A stretch of 64,000 nucleotides of DNA, taken from positions 4,030,001 through 4,094,000 of the forward strand of contig NC_081331.1 of the NCBI RefSeq assembly GCF_022539665.2. The letters run 5' to 3'. The stretch is from Daphnia carinata (Eukaryota). The notes beneath the pieces were generated by a model. It saw only the letters and a list, made by a program, of their open reading frames with translations, was not told the origin of the DNA and made no database searches. Made by a program: the position numbers and the translations under genes. Shown here piece by piece: positions 50,601 through 64,000 of this stretch (position 1 is the first letter of the stretch; the number at the start of each line of letters is the position of its first letter).

Positions 50601-53600
50601 AAGTCGAGACACGCCGAGAGAGACGGAGCCCCCCTTCTGGGCTCAGCGGTTGAATCGCAGCGTGAGTCCCGCGGTCAAAGCTACCGCCATGTCCTTCCCT
50701 GATGTTTCTGGTTCGTCACATATCAACGACAGCCGTGCAATATCATCCGCTCTAGTCAACCGCAGAAGTGCGTCGCGGCATCATGCATATTCCACATTTG
50801 AAAAAAAAAAAATGGTTCAACGTTTGTTTACAACTTCTGGTTTGCTTTCTATTTTAGAATAAATAAAATTTTGCTCTCTTTAAATACAAAAAAAAAAAAA
50901 AAGGAAGTCGGACCTTTAGGGTAATGCACCAGTTTTGGAGAAAAAAAAAATAGAAATATGTGTAACACAAGAATAATAAATACGGTACGGACACACACAC
51001 CATTTTAAACGTCATCTCTTTATTTTTTTGAGAACCGACACTCTTTGAAAAAAAAAAAAGAAAAGAACGCATAAGAGGATAAAAATAACATTCTGTCTCT
51101 GCGGGTGCAAGTGAAAATGAGAGGGCGGCTTGAAGAGTGAAACAAAAACTAACATATAAGAGTGAAACGTTTGTAGTCTGTGGAGAGCCTTGTAGCTGTC
51201 CTTCACACCGGGCAAACACTGTTCGGGCGGTCGGCAGTATCAAATGTCACTTGCTCACTCGACCCAGACCCAACGATACACTCTCGACACCTAGCTATAG
51301 GAGATTATAAAGGATGCACAGCGCTGTATACAACCTCGATTTTTAAAGAAACAACTTTTTTTTTAATATTTTAATATTTTTATTTCATATTTTAAAACAG
51401 GCAATAACAAAACAAGTTTTGGGTGCTCAGAGGTCTGTTTTGAGAAAGGAAAATGACTGATGAAATTTATTCAGGGAATCTATACACAGCCCGGTTTCCC
51501 ATCATTTATCCTGAAGTGTTTGTTTAATACGTACAACATTCGAATCAAAGACGGAAATTTAGCGATTGTAATCACGGTGGGAAATGGAGGAGCATCATAT
51601 GAAAACAATGAGATCAAATGAGAAATGATAAAAGGCGGTTCACACACTGTACGGCAAAAAGAAAAGGGAAACACACATAAGCTAATTGCGGGTCCGATAT
51701 GGATCATCGAATAAAAATCAAAGGGGGGGGGGGCATGTTGTAATAAAGGCCAAAAGAACGAAAGGGTATCATGTTCACTCCTTTATCCAACTTGAAGTCC
51801 CTTTAGATGTACGGGGGAAGTCTATGCACAGCACGTTACACAGGGCGGTATTGATGGGGAGTCAGGTAACAATTCCCAAATAACAGCCCGTATAAAACGT
51901 TGGCTTGATTCAATTGAAAAAGCGCAACTACCCCTTTTTCACCCTCTTCATTAAATGACTCTCCCTTTTCTAACATCAAACTCCCTCTTTATTTCAGAAT
52001 AATATGTATTCCTCTAGAGGCTATGTGTTCACTTGTCTAAGATAAATTCCTTTTTCCTTTTTGAATTTTTGATTTTCTTCTTCTTCTTCCTTTTTACGAG
52101 GTTATTATCCCGATGATTTTGATGTATATACTGACGACGGGCAACGATTCGTCTGATGATTCGGCACAATCTGCTCGATTCAGACGACGACCGAAAGGTT
52201 CTCTCTCTTTCAAGCTCGGCAACACTTTGATTCCGCGTCTGCTATTATGCGCAAGTTATGCGCTTTTTCCAAATAGAAAAAAAAAATGACTAGTTTTAGG
52301 CCGCTATGGTGTGCAAGAAAACGAAGGGGGGATAGTATCTATAAGAAAGATGTAAAAAAAAAAGAGCTGTGGAATGTGTGGCATACAGAAATGCCTTCCA
52401 TTTTTTTGTTACAAGGAAATCAATGGAGCACGGCAAGAAACGCACCAGTATGAAGAAGCTTTATAAAAGTCTGTTTATTTATATGAGCGTATACTGCTAT
52501 GGTAGTATCTGTTTAGATTTTTTGGAGAGAGTATAAAAAAAAAAAAAAAAAGGGAAAACTAAAGGCAAAAGAAAGAAGAAGAAGAATAGGTGAATCAAGT
52601 TTCCCAGGGAATCACGGGCCAGTTCCATCAGTGATTAATGGATCCTCTCTCTCTCTAGTCTCTCTCACTCCGCTTTCGAATAAGATATCTCGCCGTATTA
52701 GATTTGTTGTTTTCTTTTTTCTTTTTTTTTCGTCTTCTTCGTTTTTTTTTTTTTTTTTCTCTTTGACAAGATTATTCGGGACTACAGCCAGAAAAAGAAG
52801 CTCGTCGAACCGAAAACCAAAATGGAGGAAAAAAAAAAAAAAAAGAAAGTCATGACGACAAAGAAGTGAAACCGGTACTACTCGCTATACACTGGCCGAT
52901 GTTCTGTATCTTTTTTTTTTTTTTTTTAAGAACCTTTTGAGACATTGATACTTTACTGCGCAGTGTAACAGCAAAGGACGGATCGTCCCGCTCCTTTTAC
53001 GATTTCATCGATTTCTTGCTTGTCTTTCTCATCTTGTTCGTATTCATCTCAGTGATTCAGGGAAAGGTCAGGAGAATATCAAGAGCAGCCACAAACTTTG
53101 CATAACTCCCTCCCTCTAGAAAACCCTTTCAAGACAAACGACATTTCATAGAGATGGAGGCAGGCCCAAATGTTTAATGGTCTCTCTTGCCAATGTTAAT
53201 AATTCTACCCCCAAGACCCACATTTCCATTATAGGTAAGACCAGCATTTACAGTTGAAACGAGAGTGAAACCGAGGATATAGGAACCGCCAAAAAAAAAC
53301 ATAAGGAGAAGTCCAGAAAACATTATGGAAACAATCATGGAGTCGAGACTGCATATAAATAATCCCACCGTGATTTGTTGTCAATGAAGGAGGGTGTTGA
53401 GTTACCGGCAGTTTTTCCCCCCTTTCTTTCTTTTTTTTTTTTTTTTTTTGCTCTCTTTTTTTTTTCTTTTAGCGAACCGGAGAAGAAGAAGAGCACAGCA
53501 GGGGGGAGCTCCACTCGGAAATGCATCCGTCGAGGTCACGTGACTCTTCCCTTTTTCCAACATCCCCCCTTTCAAACTTTTTTTTTTTGGCGAGACACGC

Positions 53601-56600
53601 TTCGTCGTGGCCTAATATGCATCAATTATTTTTCAATGTTATACCTCCGTCTCCGCCTTCCCTCTTTAAAAAGTTATGTTAACATGTTTCGGCCGGAATC
53701 GAGGATTGCAATAAGTTTTTTTTTAGATGGAGAGAGAATGGAATGCGCCAGAATGTAAAACTCTTCATCGCTGTCTAACAATCATTGCGTGCACAAACTT
53801 TCAAATCATCGTCTTTAAAAAAAAATAATTCAAAATGTGTTCAATTGTATTGAAAAAAAAAAATTCACCCGATTTTGCATATTTGCATATTTAAATGTTG
53901 GCTCTCTACACAGATATGAAACGAATATTAATAAAAAAAAAGAAACGTTTCGTAAAAAATGACCTTTCACACAGTACGAATGTTTGGTAATACACGTTTA
54001 CATGTGGAGTTCTCATGTGACGAGCGTGTGCAGGTGCCGGTGCTGTTTTCCGTTCTCACGGCTGCAAACGATCGCTCGGATCGATAAGCCTAGATGTAGT
54101 AGTCAAATCAAAGGGGGAAAAAAAAAACTTGAATCAATAACAAGTTGCTGGCCAAATATAAGACGATGTCGACGAGACACGCGAGTGACGAGTCATTCCA
54201 ATCATTCCAGAACACGACCCCATTTATGAAATAGTTGTCAAAGAGAAATCAAAACAAAAAAGAAAAAGGAAAAATAGGAAAACCGTGAGCGAGAGAGTAG
54301 CAACAAAGCCCAGCTGATTATGCCACACACTTAACCTGTCCTTCTCTATGTGTGTGTATCCTCTTTGCATAAGCAGGAAAATTATTTTTTCATCGAGTGA
54401 AGAGAGCGCACTAGAAAACAAAAAAAATGAAATCAACTTCTGATCGAAAACTTGACGTGCAAAAGAAGAGGATACGATGTACTACGGAAGATGAACTTTC
54501 GGCGAGCCTTCTAAAGGTAAAGTAGCTTTACCTTCAAATCTTTTCTCTCCTTCAAAGTTTATCTCCCCTTTTTCCCTTGGGAAAGAGACACGTGATGCAA
54601 GGTGTTCTATGCTAAAAGAAGTTGTTTATTGTCTAGTGTCACAGCGCAAATATCACGCAGCCGATTGTTGCAATGCCCGCATCTGGTCCTGCAGTTTTCT
54701 TTTTTTTTTTTTTTTTTTTGAAAAACTGACTTGTGTATTATGCAAGATATCCAAAAAGATACAGGGATCTATTTTTGAACATTAGTTGGCCTTTTTTTTT
54801 TTGCGGCATTGGGGCACATCGTTTCGGCCATAATAATAAAAGTATAATGAAACACCCAAGCGCGGCGGGCCAGTCCAGACTTGTCTAGTAGTGTCGCCAT
54901 TGATTTTGTTCTTTGTGTGTGTGTGCATCGGCAAAATATGTGAGCGGCGGCTGTTCGTTTTAAAGTGCGACCACCGTGGTGAACCAGAATTGGTTTATTC
55001 GCTTTTGGGTTTGCACACACCGTGAAATGTATGCGAGAAAAAAAAAGCGGGTCTTTTATGCTAATCTTATCGCAAGGTAATTGCTAATCAAGAAGTCACT
55101 TGTATAACAGATGAAACGTCGGTCGTTGAACAGAGAATGAAATGTACAAAAAAAAACTTGCCGCTCTGAAGGCGATTGACAAAAGAAGATCATTGCCTCC
55201 CAGCAAGAAAAACCCCAGTCTTTTTGGTTACCATTTGCGCATACGTAATGAACTGGATATCAAAAAGTGGTCGCATCAGTTCGGTAGCGGATCTATTTTT
55301 CCTTTTCAAAAAAATGTACCTTTTATTTTAAAATGTCCGTGATGTGTGTGTGCCTGCCTGTGTTACAACCCCAAGAAGTAACAGATGTCTCTACGCATCA
55401 TTTGCATAATACCGGGAGGGTGGAGTCAACTGCTGTACAGATCGCGTTTAAAAATATCGAGTCATTCAACGACACACCAAATGACATCGGCGTTTCATTT
55501 TCCTTCAAAAAAAAAAATAAATAAATAAATAAATTCAAACCGCCGCTACCGTGTGTTCTTCGACCCCCAGTTTGATCCCTCCAACTGGACGTCTCCGATG
55601 AACACACGTTTCACTTTTCTGACACATGCAGAGTTGACCTTCCCTTCTTTTAACGAAAAAATTTTTTTTGTATTTTTCTCGAAATGGCGTAACCACGTAC
55701 TCGATCCTCCTTTTGGCCCGCAAAGCAGTTTTTTCTTACGCACAGCAACTGGAAAGGGCAATGAGTCCGTGGCGATCACGTCCTTATTCCGAAATTCGCC
55801 ACAACATCATGCCACTGTTGGCCACCCACATCGATGTCAATCCAACCCCCCCCCCCCCCTCCCGTAGAAAGTTTTTATTTATTTATTTTTTTCCAATTCG
55901 ATCGGAGATGAGACAGCTGGAAATTGTTATTACTCATCGTTTTACGTGCGTAGCTCTTCTTCCTTGGTTTTGAGATGGGAAAACACGGAGGGTTCGGGTG
56001 ACTTGTCGTGAAAACGAAGTACGACTGATTTACAAGTGATTTGTTACGAGCCATTTCCTCTGTAAATCTTTTTTTTTTTTTCTATTTTGAACGTGACAAA
56101 AAAAAAGGGGGAGAGGTAGAACAGGATCTGGTATAAAAAAAATCCAGCATTCCACAGACTGTTCACGCGCCTTCTATTTTTCGACGCCGGTTTGTCATCT
56201 TCTCAGTAACCCATTCATTTTTCATAAGATCAAAAGTCTCTTCACTGGAATGTTAGCCTACCTCCTCCTACGTTTTTTTCCTTTCTATATCTCTTATTTT
56301 CTTCCGGGGCCTGTGTGTGTGTCTGTGTGACGATGTGCTATGCGATAGACGACCTCCATAGCCGCAACTCGTGCGAAGCGTAGCTGATCATCTGTCTGTG
56401 ACGTCTGTTTTGATCTTTTTCTCACCCGCCGGCACGTCCACGTGCATTCCCGCGGGTTAAGCGACTGAAACGAATCTTGCTGAATTCGCTGCAGAAATCC
56501 GACTCTCATGTTTACTTCCGTCTCGTTTCATCACTGTCCTAGCTTCCATTTGCTTTGCTTTTTTTTTTTTGTTTTCTAAAGCGTGTCGCTACTGAAAACG

Positions 56601-58379
56601 AGTACACGAAAAAGCGGAACGTCAAGTTAAGACAGCTGTTTTTACGTGATATCTTAATGTTCCGATTCTCGCGAATCGTTGGCTCGTTCGTCGTACGAAA
56701 AGTCCCGTTGTCAGCGTTCAATGGCTCGCAAAAGCTGGAAATGACATCGTTTTTTTTTGTTTTTTTTGAGAGCAACACATTCTTCTTTCCGTCGTCTTTT
56801 TTATACTGACGCTCTTTTCTATCAGCAGTTAGAATTGAAAAAGAAAAGAAGAAAAAAACTGCGTTGACGTGATAACAAGTTTCCTTCTTCTCTTTTTTGT
56901 GTGTGTATAGTTTGTTGACTGGAGCGGGAGTCGGAGACAGTGCATCCATACAAAGTTAGACTTGCTGTATATGTATACTATGTGTGCAGTGTATATTTGT
57001 TCCATGTTACCCAATCCTTTTCTGCTTCTCGAACTCTCTCGACATGCGTTCGTCTTCTTTTTTTTTTTTTTTTTCAATGGAAAAAAGAAGAGGTCATCTT
57101 GAAACGGTTCACGGCTTTCAACCGCACGCCTTGTGAGCATCAAGCGAGTTATTTCCAAAACTGATCGTACATCACGTTAACTTTTTTCTTCTTCTTCTTC
57201 TTCTCTTTTCTTTCTTTCTTTCGTTTCTGGTTTCGCTTCAAATCAGACTAGATGGCGCCTTTTTCCGACTCTCGTTTCCCTGTGTCTATGGTGTTTTGGG
57301 TCGTGTATATTAAGCTCTAATTTCAAAAGAAAAAAAAAAGAAAATGCTCCTCTTCTTTCTCTGCTCGTTTCCCTCCGAGGGCGCTATAATAGCTCGGCTT
57401 CTTCGGGATACCGAGGACCGCCGACCAAGATCATCAGGACTGTCTCAATCCCCCCTCTCCGAAGGGGAAACCGCACATAGAAAACCAAAAAAAAGGGAAA
57501 ACGGAAATATTCTGGAATAATATTGCGGCGAAAACACTTGTCAAACATGTGGTCAGCATGTGGCTGTTTTAAAGAGACGCCCGCAAAGAAACGCTGATGA
57601 GACCGCACACATACAACACAGTATCAGCATCCATTTTTGGAAAGTGTCGTTGGAGGATGTATAGAAGGCCTAGAGCTTACACATGCAGTGTAACTCATCG
57701 TGTGTTTGGGAAGAAAAGAAGAAAAAAAACTTAGCCGAAAGTATCGGACTTTTTCTTTCTTTTTGGTCAATGACCAACAATTTTTGGGCTGCAAAACATT
57801 TGAGCTGTGGTCCTCTTTTCCTGAGTTCTCACTTTGAGACAAGAGCTTCCTGCTCATCCATCTTGTTTGACTTGTTCTGTTAAAGGCCAAAGTCGTGCAA
57901 CACTTTTACTTTTTCTTTTCCTCTACCGTCTTCGATCATCTCGTCCAACTTTTCTTATTTTAATCTTTGGGCATAGATTTAAATACCAAAATCCGAATCA
58001 AAGTGGATCGAAAAAAAAGGGGGGGGAGTTGTATTTGTAATAATAATAATCTGTACATCATCTTTTCGTTGAGAGGCGACATATCAAATAAATGAATATG
58101 ATCTAAGGACGTTACAATGCAAAAACAAAAACAAAAAAGTAGGAAAACTGGAATTATAAGGATAGGTAAACACACAGACACAAGAAAAGAAGAAATACAG
58201 GATAACTTTACTACGCGTCCATGTTTGTCTTTGTTGTTATTGTGTTTCGTGATTATGTTTATCATATTACTATCGTCGTTATGTGCGTTTGATCATCGAT
58301 TCTTTTGAGTTGCCATTGTTTATTTCTTTTTTTTTTCTTTTCCAAACGGCTACTGCTTGTGAAATTTGCCTGACATTTT

Positions 58380-59643
58380 TCAAAGCGGCGATGGAAAACC
58401 GACAGAGGCGACACTTGAGCTGCCGCTAAGAGAAATTTCATCGTAAAGACTCATGCGGCTCGACGTCGTCATCACGTGATGCGGTTGCAGTCTGGCATGA
58501 TGCTGATGATGATGGTGCTGTTGGTGTTCCATGAAAGAGGCCATCATCATCATCGGCTGCTGCTGCTGATGGCCGTGGCTGAGTTGACGGACGTGAGACG
58601 GCGAAGCGGACGACGATGGGACGGGAGAACCGGTCTCGTTACCGCTGCCACTGCAATTGCTGCTGCTGCTGCTACTGCTGCTGCTCATGTTGTGGCCGTT
58701 GCCGTTGTTGCCAAGACCACCGTTAACGCCGCTGTTAGCACCGGTACCACCTTCCGTTTTCTGCACGAGGCGACGCCATTTAGCTCTGGCATTCTGGAAC
58801 CAAACCTGAAATTTCAAATTGAGACCACGTTAGAAACGATGTCTACGTTGTTTGTGATGCAAACATTAAAGAGAAAGAAATGAAGGGGGGGGGGGGGGGG
58901 ACTTGGTGTTGTATTTATTTATGTAATGTTAAAGCTACAGTAGGTAGCTCGTGAAACAGGAGGGGGCCTCATGGGGTGTTTCTTTCAGCGCCTGTCTGCG
59001 GCGATAGCTTTTTTTTGGTTTTTTAGGTCTTCCCTTTTTGGCTAACGAGAAACTGACGCCCCCGGACGTTGAGTACCAAACAAAACCCCATGGTGCCCAT
59101 CTTTTCCTTGTGGCTATATCTTTCTCTCTCTGTCTCTCTCTCTATTTCTTGGTATAGTATAACTCTCCCTTTTTTGCTTCCCCTTTTCTTTAAAAAAAAA
59201 ACAAAAAAAAAAACCTGTGTGAGTATATTATAAGCTAAAGATGGTTGATCCCTCAAGAGGGGAGCTGTTATTAACTCAGCAGCACATCGGGGTCCTTAAT
59301 ACAGGATTCACTATCTTTCCACTACACATACAGACCTATATCCCCCCTTTTCCCTCTGATCTACCGATGTTCATCCGTCTCCCAGTGAAAGAATTTCAAG
59401 GTAAAAAAAAAAATAAAATAAAATAAAATTAGAACAAATTTAAGAAGAAAACAAAAGAACTGACGAAATAGTTGAACGAAATAGCTGAACACGACAGAGG
59501 AAAGAAAAAAAAAAGGAATGCGATATCACGCGTGTTGTCCTCGTCTACCCCACCAACAAAACCTGTTTGACCCTCTCGCTATCACCTGCAACGGCGACTG
59601 TCGTCTCTATCGTCTCCCAGTGAGTGTAAAAACAGATGGTCGC

Positions 59644-59676
<33 letters not shown>

Positions 59677-61309
59677 TATTCCCTCTTTTTTTCTTCTTCG
59701 TGAAAAAAAAAAATCTAGCAGTTTAAAAAAGATGGCACAGAAAAGATAACAATAAGTTTTTGTTTCGCCTCGTTACCTGGAGGACGCGTTTTGAAAGAGT
59801 AGTCTTTTGCGAGAGCTGCTTCAGGTCCTTGGCATCTGGGTTGTGATTGGTGGCGAAGTAGGACTTGAGCATGCGCAGTTGGTGGTGCTTGAAAGACGTC
59901 CGCAAACGCTTCGTCTTTTGTTGTTGCTGGGACGTGACCTGCTGTTGTTGTTGGTGGACGCCGTTGGCGCCTCCCATCGAGCCCATCGTCGTCACGCAAC
60001 CGTTCAACATGGAAGAGCAAGGCGACGACGATGATGTGTCCAGCATACCGGCACCATCGACGCTCATGTACGAATCGTCTTCCCTCTCTTTCATCAGACT
60101 GGCCTGCATGTCCGACTTGATACTCGGCTGCATCCGCCGCTTGGTGCGCACCCGCTGGTTCTTCAATGACGAAGCCGAAGAGCCGGAAACGGGCGAATTC
60201 TGGTGGTACAACTTGCCGGCACTCGATTCGAGCATCGACTCCATCGACGGATTGGCTTGGTGGACGAGCTGGCCGTAATGTTGATGGCCGTGATGATCGT
60301 ACGGATGATGAGGACTTCCAAACGGCTCCTGGTGATGAGTCATGTAAGCCTCTGCCGGCGCGTTGTGCACGGGGAATGACGGGTGTTGGATGTTGTTGTT
60401 GTCACGGCCACCGTGATGGCTGAATCCCGATGCTGATTGGGTTCCTTGTTGATAGTGTTGCTGGCAATAGATGAGCGCGCCAACCATGCCAAAAGTGGAT
60501 CCTTTGATCAAATGGGTCTGACAGACGTGACAGCTGAAGCATCGCGTGTGGAACAGATGTTCACGACCGCGCATCACCAACTCGTCTGGCTGCAGTGTCT
60601 CGCAGCACTTGGCGCACTGTTTGCGGCCGCTAAACAACCTGCCCAAAAAAACAAATGAAAAACAGATTTAGAACAAACGAATATCTCATTCAGTTGACAG
60701 ATGTATAGGCCTGCGTGCAGTTAAAAACAATTGCATTAAAAAGAAAAAGAATGCGTACCTGTGGTAGTCTTCGCGGCAGTAGATGCGCGACTGACGGGCA
60801 AAACAGGACAAGGCAGTGTCGAGAGGCCGTCGGCACTCGTCGCACCTGAGACACTCGCTGTGCCAGGCCTTGTCAACGGCCACCAGGTAGTAACGATCGG
60901 CGATTTTGGATCCGCAACCGGCGCAAACGACCGCTGTCGTCGTCGCAGTCGCGCCCGTTTGCTGTTGTTCGACACTCGTCGAGCCGGTTTCGTGAGGAAG
61001 CTCTTGCGTCGCAGCTTTCTTCGTTTTGATCGATTCGTCTTCAGCGCTTACAGACGATTCATCTCGCTCCTCTTTGATCAGATGCTGGACGGGCAACAGC
61101 TGATGACGCTGTTGCTGATCGAGATGATGATAGAAGTTCGACTCCAACATCGTGTTGCTGTTGCTGATCGATTGATGTTGTTGAATCATTTTCGTGTCGG
61201 TTGATTCGTTATTGTTATTGTTGTTATTGAGGCCGTCGGTGGCGAGTGAGGCTACCGTTACAGCCGACGGGCGAGCCCGTAATGCCGTCTCCTCGTTGTG
61301 ATATGGTTG
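58380..61309 (-). CDS. ap: apterous / Lhx2-9 LIM-homeobox transcription factor, second tandem paralogue
   Basis: Exons 61309-60759 (acceptor at 61310; first internal ATG at 61189; LIM1 CAGCGSKIADRYYL...YCREDYH), 60638-59777 (LIM2 plus KTKRLRTSFKHHQLRMLKSYFATNHNPDAKDLKQLSQKTTLSKRVLQ), 58805-58380 (VWFQNARAKWRR...FPSPL*). The true start or an upstream exon was not identified. Confidence 0.93.
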
Positions 61310-64000
61310 CTGGAAAAAGAGAGGGACAGTTTCAAAAATTAGTTCATCGTTTAATTGATATGAAACGAATGACATCGTTAGGCCTAACTCTGTTATCTCG
61401 TAAAGAGCCGTCCCTTCCCTCCCCCCGTACATTTAATGCTTATTTAACACCGTGTTGAGTTGGATGTTGTTGTTTAAAAAAAAAGAAAAAAAAGTGTCAG
61501 ATCGAATCGCTAAACGGAATTTAAAATAAAATATATACAGTAAGTAAGTTTTTTTGTTTTGTTTTTTGTGTTGTTTTCTTCAGTTGGGGGGTTTATTTTG
61601 TGTTGAGTTATATGTCTTTTACGGGCAGCTATTCAAGATGCAACAGAGGAAAAAAAAAAAAGAAAAAGAAAGAAGAAGGGACAAGAGAAGAGACAGACAG
61701 GACAGGTCGACAGGTCAAGTGTATATAGACATAAGCAATGACAGCTATTCTTGTTCCTTTTCAGTCTGACCCGATGAAAAGCCCCCAAAGAAGAACATCA
61801 AGTCCGCTTGTTGAATGCGCAGCTATAGAATAACATAGTAGGTAGTATATATATATATATATATGTATAGTGGAAGGTATATACAGAGTCGTTCGAAGAG
61901 GAGGGAAGAGTAATAACAATAGAAAGAGACTGTATCAAGAGAAAGGTGGAGGATGTCACAAGAGGCTTATTTATGGTGAAGCAGGGCCCCGAAGAAGAAG
62001 TGGTTGCGCCCCAGCTCCGGTTAGATTCCCTTTTTTTTTTTTTTTTTTTTTTTTTTTGACTCTCTTGTCTCTCAACACGTCAGATTATACACAGCATTGA
62101 AACTGTCTTTGTTTTCTCTTCTCTACATTTTGACTACTTCTTTTTCTTTCTTCTTCTCCTGTGTGCGTAGAACGCAGAGACCACACGGATTACGCCCTGT
62201 CCCGGGGGTTAACAAAAAAGCACCACCTCCCCCGATGACTTGATCTCTTCTTATCCTCTTACTATTATTACTACTACTAAAAGTCAAAGAAAAGAAAAAA
62301 AAAAAAGAAAAGACATTGTCTTCAAGTTGTATACATGTCGTATCCATACACTCTAGTGTGGCTCCTTTCGGGGCTCTTCTTTTTTCTTTCCTTTGGCTTC
62401 ACGCATATTTGTATATATACAGTATATATACCATACCCAAGTAGTCGAAAAGGATTAATCTCATCTGATTCTCTTTTGATTTCCCATTTGGACAAGAAGA
62501 AGTTCTTTATCCCCTTTCTTCTTTCTTTTTTTTTTTTTTTGCCTGCCCACTTGCCAGTGTGTGATCTATCTACTTCATCATATAGTTGTTTGGTAAGCCT
62601 TTTTTTTTTGTCCCCTACGTCAATGCAATGTGATTACACATCGCCAGGGAGAGATATGTAGAGGGATCGATGCATCAATCGTGAAAAAAAAAAGAAGCTG
62701 GAACAAAAAAAAAAAAAAATATTCAAATAGACAAAAAGAACAAGTTATTTATTGTGATTTTTTTTTTTTTTTTTTGTTCTCTTATTTTTTGTTTTCTCAA
62801 AGCTTATTCACTCTGGAAGGGGCGGCCCCCGATTATATGTTTGAAAAAAAAAAAAAAGAAAAGAAAAACGTGTTCTTGCTGGAATCTGGCCAGCAGTCAT
62901 TTCGGTTTGTTTTCTTTGTTTGTTTTTCTTGTTCATTTTTTTTTTCCTTCCTTTAATCAAGCAGGGATCAAATCACGAATTTTTTTTTTCGTTCTTTATC
63001 TTGTTCACATTATTTTAATATTCTATATTCAATTTTTGTTGTTTGTTCTGTTCCTTCTTACTCGTTCGTTGTTATTGTTGATGTTCCAATGTGATGGGGG
63101 AAAAAATGTCGTCAACACACGATCACTCGCAACATATAGAAGTCATGTGTGTACATGTTTCGTATCTATCTCTCTCTCTCTCTCTCTTATATATATATAT
63201 ATACGCCGGGGTGGGTGTGCTGCTTCAGTTTGTTATTATAAGATTCTCTACTGTTCGCTGATAGCGAGGGGTTTGACGAAGAAATTCGATCTCGATCGCG
63301 AGGCCCAAGTCGCTGTGTCTCTCGCGTAGCACGAAAAACATGCACGCAACAAAACAAACACAAAGATAGATATTTATCAAACCCCCTCCGCCATGCCTTT
63401 TACTGTTCCTGCTGCTGCTGCTGCTGCTGGTCATTGCGTGTCATTGCGTGCGTGTTATGCAGAACACGTCGTCGCCCAAACAACTAGAAGCTGTGTATGC
63501 CATGGCGACAGTTCGACTAGCAGGAAGAAGGATATAACTGCTTGTCTCCTTATCGAAAAACTCAGCATCAGATTTGATCACAAACTTTTAACAGCTACCA
63601 AAACTTTTATTTTTTTTTTTTTTTCTTCTCTTTTCAACCAATGCTTTTTTTTTTTTTTTTTGTTATTATCTTTGTTTCAAAACTATTCAGTGGTGAACAG
63701 AAGCGAATAAAAAAAAAAAGAAACGGTCTGAACAACTATGCAATAATGCACGTAAAAACATTAACTACTTTGACATCGTGTGGTAAATGACCTTCTGTTT
63801 GAATCTGGTTGATAATCAGAAACAAGCGCTCGGCTAACCGTTGACAAGCTTCTCAAACAAGATTTTCAAGCGTCTTGGCGTTTTGTTTCTTCCACGGTTT
63901 GAACGTCTTTTTTTGTTTTTTTGTTGTTGTTTTGTTTTTCAACGCGAAAACAAGAAGACGAAAAGGTAAAGTTGTTTTATGCTTTTTGTGGCTGTAGCGG

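Noticed and set aside
52149..52200. CTGATGA...GAAA resembling a hammerhead core
   Set aside because: Stems II and III cannot be formed, and the CTGA is sequestered in a local CGTCTGA/TCAGACG hairpin.
63225..63434. MTSSSSSSRNSKRHGGGG ORF as first exon of the second ap gene
   Set aside because: No convincing phase-compatible donor to the 61310 acceptor was identified, and the peptide is explained by a CAG repeat.
1..64000. CRISPR array or prokaryotic operon-type system
   Set aside because: No regularly spaced direct repeats; the sequence is clearly eukaryotic with spliceosomal introns.

Overview
Eukaryotic, AT-rich, homopolymer-rich DNA with many 53-100 nt GT-AG introns. This style suggests a branchiopod crustacean such as Daphnia (inference). 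Four spliced protein-coding genes can be built by hand: a Caskin-family SAM-domain adaptor (+, about 11263-17976), a putative AKNA-like coiled-coil gene (-, 25935-27566), and two tandem apterous/Lhx2-9 LIM-homeobox paralogues (-, 37940-47208 and 58380-61309). The most unusual feature lies between the convergent Caskin and AKNA-like genes: a 4.7 kb palindrome (19450-24188). Each arm carries an inward-facing, differently damaged copy of an unrecognised intron-rich gene, followed by an almost invariant ~310 nt multi-hairpin block. The centre holds three tRNA-like units with A/B boxes. A smaller foldback built on a repeated 28-32 bp palindrome sits just to its left. Most ORFs in the supplied track are spurious products of poly-A/T tracts. 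All alignments, counts and folds were done by eye.
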